Source: an uncultured Chloroflexia bacterium
GTDB lineage: Bacteria > Chloroflexota > Ktedonobacteria > Ktedonobacterales > JADMIN01
Direction of reading: 5' to 3'
NCBI GenBank assembly: GCA_963718915.1
Contig: CAVRAI010000015.1
Span: 510,001 to 542,000, forward strand
Length of the DNA: 32,000 nt
A model generated the notes under the pieces. It did not search any database and had not been told where the DNA came from. It worked only from the letters and a program-made list of their open reading frames with translations. How positions within the stretch are numbered: the stretch's first letter is position 1; each line of letters begins with the position of its first letter. Both the position numbers and the translations under genes were made by a program. Of this stretch, positions 26,301 to 32,000 are shown piece by piece.

Positions 26301-26603
26301 GGTGGCCAGCGGCTCGACGCCATCGGCGAAGACCAGATATTCCGCCTGGTTCTTATCGAGGATGTTGGTGAGGGTGCCTCCGCGTGAGTCGGCGGAGAAG
26401 CAGTCCTGGAAGTAGCGACAGACCCCGGAAAAGAGCGAGGATGTTGGCCCCGGCGGCATTGGGCGCGCGGGAATGGCGCCGCCCTCGACCCACTGGCCGA
26501 CCGGCGTGAGGTCAGCGCGCGCGACGACATCCACCACTACGGGCTGAATCGGCGGGCGCTCGCGCGGGTCGTCGTCAGTCTGCCTTCCACGTCGAAATAC
26601 CAT
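23388..26603 (-). CDS. Superfamily-1 (Upf1/DNA2-like, AAA_11+AAA_12) helicase with C-terminal DUF559/Vsr-like endonuclease-fold domain
   Basis: ORF 23388..26783. Start moved to ATG 26603 because GAGGAGG lies about 8 nt upstream on the minus strand. Motifs: VIGPPGTGKS (encoded near 25535-25555), VIVDEASQ (near 24595-24617), CGDPKQL, YRSLPQIIEFSN, IGVLSPYRDQV, GTAHTYQGDERD, NVAVTRARR. C-terminus: FEREIGQALRQRGGYEVYIGYPVAGFAVDVVAQYGGRALAIACDGDPERH, followed by an acidic tail. Confidence 0.9.
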   Translation of the reverse strand: MVFRRGRQTDDDPRERPPIQPVVVDVVARADLTPVGQWVEGGAIPARPMPPGPTSSLFSGVCRYFQDCFSADSRGGTLTNILDKNQAEYLVFADGVEPLATGQLDRLEVPLSTGVTAQNAADVNRREKYLIWGSIFLVGRGRPETARRKGEVFCAPLLYWPARIEQEGSHAYLSVDLDEQHINFPLLASLIDAENDEQAQAYAEAILAQAPTAPFETAAIREFAAVLAELIPDLRTDDLQAWPELQTEAALRDLMDSPVQLLCASAMALVRRPQEARGVLTELQMMAGRGDMSAPLAAIFTDAARAERAPVTGMLPEVEIERPILSGAELSNAQTRVLRQSERRPLTLVIGPPGTGKSFTIAQIILDAVARGQTVLLSSKMNKAVDVVVEKLQPHLGSLTVILRGGDRRYRNELKKFLDNLFDGTGAPPRPRPGEIEMLEDRLRAADEELAQLDAEIRFLLDAETRWTQHVAALRRIHPPAYNEAAAATLGPEALEAAYEEIHRDTGKLPVVSWMAGRKREQAASDIASRIGLAESDLPHLEAVLRREQLRAGLIQTERTLLARDDVNALLTRHARLRADRGALVGELLAARRREALAEALRLNRRTLSLFKTALEARTTAEQDKIFAELDFSALLNTFPIWATTNPHVAEMLPLDREMFDLVIVDEASQCDVSSALPLLYRGQRAIVCGDPKQLRHLSFLREDRQAALASQHGLSASQRSQWNYRTHSLLDVVNGALPSQDDVVLLDEHYRSLPQIIEFSNRTFYGQALRVMTRRPDTLGARSVEMRKVNGKRGKEGFNPQEAEAILKEINNIAKAEAKLLPSERSTIGVLSPYRDQVNYLTRMLAQKLKSKILQDHDIAIGTAHTYQGDERDIMLLSFCADPSSHRSTVTFMNNDNLFNVAVTRARRRQVIFTGLDARHLPPEHLLGRYLDYAGECLEPDRPEDHTDGGTAFEREIGQALRQRGGYEVYIGYPVAGFAVDVVAQYGGRALAIACDGDPERHAPIPGEVSLDTVNGQTILERAGWQVHRLSLRRWQREREQALAEIDAMLGVEDDEGDEGNEGGKEDLAE

Positions 26604-26802
26604 GAGTGCTGCCTCCTCGTACCGCCTGCGCGCCACGTTATGTTCGGGCATGTAGCGCGCACCCGGCAGCAGGCAGTGTAGGCACGGCGGCTGGCGACCG
26701 TCAATCTTGTGCCCATTATGGGCCAGTACCCATGGGCGATGACGAGGCAAAAGCACGCCGCTGGGGAGCGATGTCGGTGGCATGGTGTCATCGTCGAAGC
26801 TC

Positions 26803-26811
26803 TGCTATAAT
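26803..26811 (+). promoter_or_regulatory. Extended -10 promoter element (TGcTATAAT) for the CPBP gene
   Basis: TGCTATAAT at 26803-26811, about 64 nt upstream of ATG 26875. AGGAAGG lies before the ATG. No good -35, which is consistent with an extended -10 promoter. Confidence 0.4.
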
Positions 26812-26874
26812 CAGCCAGCGCGCATAGCAGGCGATAGCCGCACTGGAGAGAACGAATAGCAGGAAGGCGACCCG

Positions 26875-27671
26875 ATGTCCCAACCTTTTCCGCAACGTCG
26901 GCCACTGCTCTTTATCGGCCTGCTTCTGTTTCTTATACTCGGTATATTCCTCATCACATTCGCTGTAACCGCACTCGGGCATTGGCCAGTGACCGCAGCC
27001 AGCCTTATCAGTGAAATTTTGCTGGGCCTGGTCGCCGTGTTCTTGCTCAGCCGTTTCCAATGGTGGCATGTCGCCGGATTTCGTATGCCTCGGTATTCTC
27101 CGGCCTTCTTATGTCTGCTAGCGCCGTGTTTTGTCCTGGTTACCGATGCCAATACTGTATCCCAGTATTGGGACTATCTCCCTGGCCGCAACAATGCCCT
27201 GTTCTTCGCCATCTTTGCGATGTTGGTTGGCTTTGTCGAAGAAAACTACTTTCGCTGGGCTGATACTGCGTACTCTCCTGGTGAGAGGGCCATGGTTGGC
27301 AGCCATCGTCTCGTCCGTTGTATTCGGCGCGATGCACCTGTTACATCTTATCGAAGGACAGAATCTGGTCGCAACGGCTATCCCAGGCCATCTGGGCGAC
27401 GGCCCTCGGCTTCCTCTTCGCCGCCGTAGCTCTGCGCACCCAAAGCATCCTGCCGCTGATCATAATCCATGGATTGATCGACTTTGTTGCGTTCCTTGCC
27501 CTCAACGGCACGGTCATCACCTACACCCCGAGTTCTGGCGACGTCACAGAGACTGTCGTCGAAGTGCTCGTATACGTCACGCTCGGCATCATCGCGATGC
27601 GCGGAATACACACGCCTGACCTCGAACCCGATCCCGATGGTCGTGACGGGAAGCTGGTCGAGGTGAGGTGA
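26875..27671 (+). pseudogene. CPBP-family intramembrane glutamic endopeptidase (CAAX protease / Abi family), two frame breaks as sequenced
   Basis: Three consecutive frames together encode one typical CPBP protein. Frame of 26875: ...FAMLVGFVEENYFR (EExxxR motif). Frame of 27131: GLILRTLLVRGPWLAAIVSSVVFGAMHLLHL (FxxxH motif). Frame of 27318: SQAIWATALGFLFAAVALRTQSILPLIIIHGLIDF (HxxxD/N motif). The breaks lie at about 27256-27259 (TGGG) and 27382-27384 (CCC). GC is lower than in neighbours: 30 of 60 at 26881-26940. Confidence 0.8.
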
Positions 27672-28003
27672 GCCACAGCACTGACATCTACGTGCTGGGG
27701 CATCTGGCCTACGAGACCGATGAGAACGGGACGGTGCTCGCCACCTTCACCTATGACAGTATGGGCGTGCCGGTCAGCGTCCGAGTGGGCAACGACCCGA
27801 ACAGTTCGCCACGCTACTATTACGTCTACAACGGCCATGGCGATGTGGTGGCACTGTTGGATGCCCAAGGCAACAGTGCCACCAGCTACGCCTACGATAC
27901 CTTCGGCTAGTTGACCTCAGCCTCCGAGAACTTCGGCAGTGGGACGACCTGGACCAATCCCTACCGCTATGACGTGCGCGCCGACACTGAGAGGCGCTTG
28001 TGA
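27668..28003 (+). pseudogene. Rhs/YD-repeat protein fragment (no N-terminus, no toxin tip, internal stop)
   Basis: HLAYETDENGTVLATFTYDSMGVPVSV...YYYVYNGHGDVVALLDAQGNSATSYAYDTFG then TAG (27908-27910). The same frame continues ...TWTNPYRYDVRADTERRL then TGA (28001-28003). These are YD repeats and a decayed version of the NPYRY..(TD.ETGLYY) region near the Rhs core end. Confidence 0.7.
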
Positions 28004-28120
28004 CTGCCGCATGACACAATGCCTGAAGTGGCATCAATACTGCATCTCGTGGGTGCGCAGACGCGCCTGATTGGGCGCGAGGCGTCTGGGTGAAGTACGT
28101 GTGCCACGGGGAGGAAGACG

Positions 28121-28886
28121 ATGCAACTTCAAGGAAAAGTGGCGGTGGTCACCGGAGCGGCCTCCGGGATTGGGTCTGGCGATAGCCACGCGCTTCGCGG
28201 CGGAGGGAGCCAGCGTCGTCGCGGGCGACTGGAATGCGGAACGGCTCGACGCCGCCGTCGCGCATATCAAGGAGAGCGGCGGCACGATTTCCAGCGCGCA
28301 GGGCAACATCGCCGACCAGGCGTCGGCGGAAAGCTTGATCGAGCGAGCCATCAGCGCGTACGGACGGCTGGACGCGCTCTGCAACGTCGCCGGGGTGATG
28401 GACTACATGCAGGGCGTGGGCGAGCTATCGGATGACATCTGGCGCCGCGTCCTGGGCATCAATCTGGACGGGCCGATGTTCACCAGTCGCAAGGCGGTGC
28501 AGTACATGCTGGCGCATGGTGGCGGCTCCATCGTCAACATCGCCTCGACCGCTGGAATCCACGGTGGGGCTGCGGGCGCCGCCTATACCGCCTCCAAGCA
28601 CGCCGTCGTCGGCCTGACACGCAACACCGCCTGGATGTATGCCCAGCGGGGCATTCGCTGCAATGCCATCTGTCCGGGCGCGACCAAGACGAACATCGGG
28701 GAATCAATGCCACAGGAGCGGCTGGACCTCGCTGGCGCCCAGCGCGCCCAGACGTTTGCAGCGCTCGCCCCAGCCTACCTGGAGCCATCCGATATCGCCG
28801 GGCTGGCTCTCTTCCTCGCCTCGGACGACTCTCGCCAGATCAATGGCGCGATCATCCCCGCCGATGGTGGCTGGGCCGCCGTCTAG
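28121..28886 (+). pseudogene. Short-chain dehydrogenase/reductase (classical SDR), single frame break as sequenced at 28172-28175
   Basis: ATG 28121 follows GGGGAGGAAG. MQLQGKVAVVTGAASGIG (TGxxxGxG) is in one frame; the next frame continues LAIATRFAAEGASVV...NVAGV...YTASKHAVVGLTRN (YxxxK)...PGATKT...INGAIIPADGGW. Deleting one base in ATTGGGTCTGG restores a ~254-aa SDR. Confidence 0.88.
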
Positions 28887-28994
28887 CATGGCTCGCATGC
28901 GGTAACCATACCAAGCCAGCACACTCTCCGTCCGCCGGATCGTCTTCTTTAGCAGATGAGCGTGGGAGCGGAGAGCGCGAAGGGTCGGCTGCGC

Positions 28995-29789
28995 ATGAGA
29001 GCGCCAATACAGCTGAAGGCTATCCTGATGGGCGCGGGCATCCTTGCGCTGGCCGTTGGCGTGATCGTCGTCGCTTTCGCTGGCATCGAGGTCTTCAGCC
29101 ATCAGGCGGCGGTACGCTCTGGGCGCCTGGCCGCCGCCACAGCAGGGCCGACGCCAACACCACTCCGCAGAGATGTCAGCCGTCCGACCTGTGGCGTGTC
29201 GGGAAAGCCGGATTGTCCCACGCCTGATCCGGGATGGATTACGTTCACCTCAACCTCTCCCGGCGCCGTTCTCGCGGCGATGAAGCAGACGTGGATCTTT
29301 CAGATAGACCTCAACGACGGCGGCGACCATATCGATGACCTCTCGCACCTGGGAACGCCGTTCCTCGTGCGCGGCCTGGCGCCCCAGGGGGCGACAATCG
29401 CCGACTACTACGTGCTCCCCATCATGGACGCACACGGCGTCATCACCGATATCGGCGAGTTCGAGCTGAACGTAACGCATACCGCTCTGCGCTTTGCGGC
29501 GACAACCAGCTTCGACGGCCGCTTTCGCATCGTGCGGCAGACTGCCAGCGCCGCTATCACTGCCGTCAAGGTACAGCGCCACGTCTCCATGCGAGCAGGC
29601 ACGCAGCCGTACCTTGCCTTCTTCCCGATAGACGCGTACGACCTCGAGACGGGCAAGGTGGTCTGGAAGGCAGGCGGTCTGTGGCCGGGCGAGCCACTCT
29701 GGCTTGTGCCGGGATCCGACGGCCAAAACTACCTCTTTGGCAACGATGACAAGGTTTATGCCCAGCGCGAAATACCCATGAGCGCCTGA
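28995..29789 (+). CDS. Hypothetical signal-anchored protein
   Basis: ORF 28956..29789. MRAPIQLKAILMGAGILALAVGVIVVAFAGI is an N-terminal TM helix. The rest is a globular domain with no motif I recognise. Start is ATG 28995 or ATG 28956. Confidence 0.55.
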   Translation: MRAPIQLKAILMGAGILALAVGVIVVAFAGIEVFSHQAAVRSGRLAAATAGPTPTPLRRDVSRPTCGVSGKPDCPTPDPGWITFTSTSPGAVLAAMKQTWIFQIDLNDGGDHIDDLSHLGTPFLVRGLAPQGATIADYYVLPIMDAHGVITDIGEFELNVTHTALRFAATTSFDGRFRIVRQTASAAITAVKVQRHVSMRAGTQPYLAFFPIDAYDLETGKVVWKAGGLWPGEPLWLVPGSDGQNYLFGNDDKVYAQREIPMSA

Positions 29790-30016
29790 TTTTCCTCATG
29801 AGCATCCACCATCCTCAAAACACGCTGTCTGTTTGGCATGCGATTTGCTACCATCCGTAGTTGCGCGCAGCCCCTGCCTCCTATACAATGGGCGGGCAGT
29901 CGCAAGGACTGGTCATGTCATGGCAGGGCCGCCAGGTTGGGATGTGTTGGGTTGGTGTTGTGTTGGCGAGCCTGTGCGCTTCGCCGGATGCGGGATTACC
30001 CGCGAAGGAGTGTGTA

Positions 30017-30427
30017 ATGATCGTTTTGGCGGCCAGTATTCCGAGTTACAATTTCCCGATTCCCAAAGGCAGCTTCTTCGACCTCCTGTTTCATCAGACC
30101 TACTTCAGCTTGCAGGTGCTCGGCCTGCTCAACCCGCCTTTTCAGATCAACCTCATTGGGCTGATTATCATCGTCCTGATCGCGTTCGCCGCAAACGCGG
30201 TGACCGAAAGGCTGACGTCGAACAAGGCTGGGGGCCTCTTCACGGCGGTCCTCATCACGCTGCTTGGCTCGTACCTCTTCGCCGCGTTCGTCCGGCTACC
30301 TTTCGACTTTAACCTCGAGGGTGTGCGTATCATCGCGGCGCTCATCGGCGCGATCATCATCGCCGTGTTTTACTCGCTGATACGGAAGCAAAGCTCAAGC
30401 TCGAGTAGCTCAAGTAAGAAAGGCTGA
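30017..30427 (+). CDS. Small membrane protein, GlsB/YeaQ/YmgE (transglycosylase-associated) family-like, with poly-Ser tail
   Basis: ORF 29861..30427. Start placed at ATG 30017, 6 nt after GAAGGAG (30004-30010). LIGLIIIVLIAFAANAVTERL...GGLFTAVLITLLGSYLF...RIIAALIGAIIIAVFYSLIRK resembles the Gly-zipper helices of that family. Ends KQSSSSSSSSKKG. Confidence 0.5.
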   Translation: MIVLAASIPSYNFPIPKGSFFDLLFHQTYFSLQVLGLLNPPFQINLIGLIIIVLIAFAANAVTERLTSNKAGGLFTAVLITLLGSYLFAAFVRLPFDFNLEGVRIIAALIGAIIIAVFYSLIRKQSSSSSSSSKKG

Positions 30428-30444
30428 TGCCCGCGCGCGGTTTA

Positions 30445-30828
30445 TCAACCGCCGCCGGAATTCACGGTAGGAATCGGTGTTGCGGGCGGAGGGAGCGTTG
30501 CGGTCGGCACGGCTTGCGGCGTCGCCGTTGGGCTGGGATGGCCGCTACCACCACCGCCTCCACCACTGCCACCTGAAGCGCCCTTGACCGTGGCGGTTGG
30601 TGTACCCTCTGTGTCAGGCACAACCGTGAGCACCGTTTGGATCGTCGCGGTCGGCGTTGGCTGAGCGCCTAACTGCGCGTCCGCGGTTGAGCGATTGAAT
30701 AGACCGATCACAAAGACTATCAACAGCACAATCGTCAGCGCGAGTAGAACATACGTTCTTGGCACGATTGGCCGGCGACCACCACCTGGTGGATTGCTGC
30801 CATTGGGCACAGTTGTCACAGGCGCCAC
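30445..30828 (-). CDS. Signal-anchored Pro/Thr/Gly-rich low-complexity protein
   Basis: GTG start at 30828. RRPIVPRTYVLLALTIVLLIVFVIGLF is a TM helix. Then PTPTAT-type and GGSGGGGGGSG low-complexity sequence. Lies directly downstream of, and on the same strand as, the GT-C-like gene. Weak SD. Confidence 0.45.
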   Translation of the reverse strand: MAPVTTVPNGSNPPGGGRRPIVPRTYVLLALTIVLLIVFVIGLFNRSTADAQLGAQPTPTATIQTVLTVVPDTEGTPTATVKGASGGSGGGGGGSGHPSPTATPQAVPTATLPPPATPIPTVNSGGG

Positions 30829-30942
30829 CCCTTACTTCGGCTGAGAGTTGGTGAAAGTCGGGGAGAATTTGCCGCCAGTATGCCAAAAGCAGCCAGTTGT
30901 CGTCAAGTGGGGACACATGGGTACTACTACCACCACATATCG

Positions 30943-32000
30943 TCATACGCGGACAAACGTCACCGCGCCGTTGGGGGCGACCTCGGCCATGTAGAATGTG
31001 CGGTCGGGATAGCTCGCGTGGAGTTGTTCCAGGACTTCAGGTGATGGCGCGTAGGCGTAGAGTGTCTCACCGCGCAGGTTCGGATCGTTCAGCGGCCAGA
31101 GGATGTAGTTGTAGATATACCAGTTGTTCGTCAGCACAATAGACTGGTTCGGATGGAATCCATAGAGCGTCGCGGCGTCAACCTTCATCGAGACGGGCAG
31201 GCCAGTGTAGCCCTGGTAAATCTGCGCCTGGCGCGGCGAATAGTAGAAGAGGTTGCAGGCAATCAGCGCGACAAGCAGCGCGCCAGCTACCCCCATTGCC
31301 AGCGTTCGTGTTGACCGGATCGCTCCCAGCGCTCGCCCCACGCGCTCCAGCGTCTTCGCCAGCCCGGTTACGCCACGCGCCGTCAGCAGCAACAGAAATG
31401 GCAGCGTCTCGAAGAGATAGCGCGGGCCAAGATAGATACCATGATAGAAATAGCCCGCCTGCGCGCCAACAAGTAACACCAGCATCAGCGCGCAGAAAAT
31501 ATCCCAGCGCGTGCCCGCGTCGCGCCGCAGAAACGTGAGCGGGAGCAACGCCAGTGTCAGGTAGAATGGCCAGCCGTAGAGATCGATAAGCAGAATGGTC
31601 AGCAGTTGGTCGAGGATGAGCATCCCCGCGGCGAAGGTGTGCTGGCCGTAGAAGCCGATTCCCTGGCCAAAGCCGTAGCGGTCGCCTGGAAAGAAGAGCG
31701 CGCGCGGCGAGAGCGTGGCGCTGCCGGTCTGTAGCCGGTTGTAGAGCAGGTAGAGCACTACACCGCTCAGGAGGATACTGAGGGCGAAGACGAAGACGGG
31801 CCAGATCATTGTGAGGCGCTCGCGCAGGGCGCGCCACTGTCCACCCAACAGATACGCCGTCGCCGCGACGCCAATCACCACCGCGCTGAACTCGCGGGTG
31901 AGCAGCAGTCCGACGGCAAAGACCGCCGCCAGCGCCAGATCGTACCAGCGCCAGTTGCGCGTGAAGCGAACCAGCATCCACAGAAAATAGACGGCAAAGA
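30943..32000 (-). CDS. Polytopic membrane protein, probable GT-C-fold (ArnT/PMT-like) glycosyltransferase; 5' end beyond the window
   Basis: The reading frame stays open past ATG 31977 to the window edge (...FAVYFLWMLVRFTRNW...). There are at least eight hydrophobic helices followed by a ~90-aa soluble C-terminal domain (YIYNYILWPLNDPNLRGETLYAYA...), the layout of GT39/GT83-type enzymes. The catalytic N-terminal loop is not in the window, so the family call is tentative. Confidence 0.55.
   Translation of the reverse strand, partial: FAVYFLWMLVRFTRNWRWYDLALAAVFAVGLLLTREFSAVVIGVAATAYLLGGQWRALRERLTMIWPVFVFALSILLSGVVLYLLYNRLQTGSATLSPRALFFPGDRYGFGQGIGFYGQHTFAAGMLILDQLLTILLIDLYGWPFYLTLALLPLTFLRRDAGTRWDIFCALMLVLLVGAQAGYFYHGIYLGPRYLFETLPFLLLLTARGVTGLAKTLERVGRALGAIRSTRTLAMGVAGALLVALIACNLFYYSPRQAQIYQGYTGLPVSMKVDAATLYGFHPNQSIVLTNNWYIYNYILWPLNDPNLRGETLYAYAPSPEVLEQLHASYPDRTFYMAEVAPNGAVTFVRV

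Noticed and set aside
28058-28088. Imperfect palindrome CAGACGCGCC-N-GGCGCGAGGCGTCTG upstream of the SDR gene
   Set aside because: The arms are interrupted and there is no adjacent regulator gene. It could be an operator or the terminator of the decayed Rhs locus, but the evidence is insufficient.
30391-30415. AGC/TCA-rich stretch encoding eight consecutive Ser at the end of the GlsB-like gene
   Set aside because: This is a low-complexity coding tail using mixed Ser codons. It is not a nucleotide-level tandem repeat or a slippage tract.
1-32000. Search for CRISPR arrays, tRNA/rRNA genes, reverse transcriptase/retron or DGR signatures, and intact integrase or recombinase genes
   Set aside because: I saw no regularly spaced direct repeats, no tRNA-like T-arm (GGTTCGAATCC-type) in any intergenic region, and no YxDD, tyrosine-recombinase or serine-recombinase motifs in any long ORF.

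Overview
GC-rich bacterial chromosomal window with strong AGGAGG-type ribosome-binding sites. I recognised no rRNA, tRNA or CRISPR array. I call about 30 protein genes. Most are ordinary enzymes: acyl-CoA dehydrogenase, YtcJ-like amidohydrolase, M48 protease, HAD phosphatase, alpha/beta hydrolase, SDR, a TetR unit and a large secreted Asp-box propeller. Several accessory features sit between them. (1) A stand-alone 1,071-aa SF1 helicase is fused to a Vsr/DUF559-like nuclease fold. It lies divergent to a lower-GC CPBP/Abi protease gene and an Rhs/YD-repeat stump, which together look like a small conflict-system islet. (2) A translationally coupled SbcD/SbcC-like nuclease-ATPase pair has an ATPase with a two-helix membrane hairpin where a zinc hook would be. 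It sits directly downstream of a truncated IS5-family transposase remnant that is fused in frame to an ABM-domain gene. (3) A ~1.6-kb low-GC insert is bounded by 225-bp direct repeats (about 94% identical) of the 3' end of the HAD gene. It carries two orphan secreted or membrane proteins. (4) Also present are a GrpB + ANT(2'')-like nucleotidyltransferase fusion, an overlapping DUF4160/DUF2442 pair, a perfect 27-bp TetR-type operator, and clusters of short GC-rich hairpins in two intergenic regions. A cross-cutting caveat: six genes show single-base frame breaks at short homopolymer runs. These look more like consensus errors than real pseudogenes, but the sequence alone cannot decide. All family assignments come from motif recognition by eye; no database search was run.
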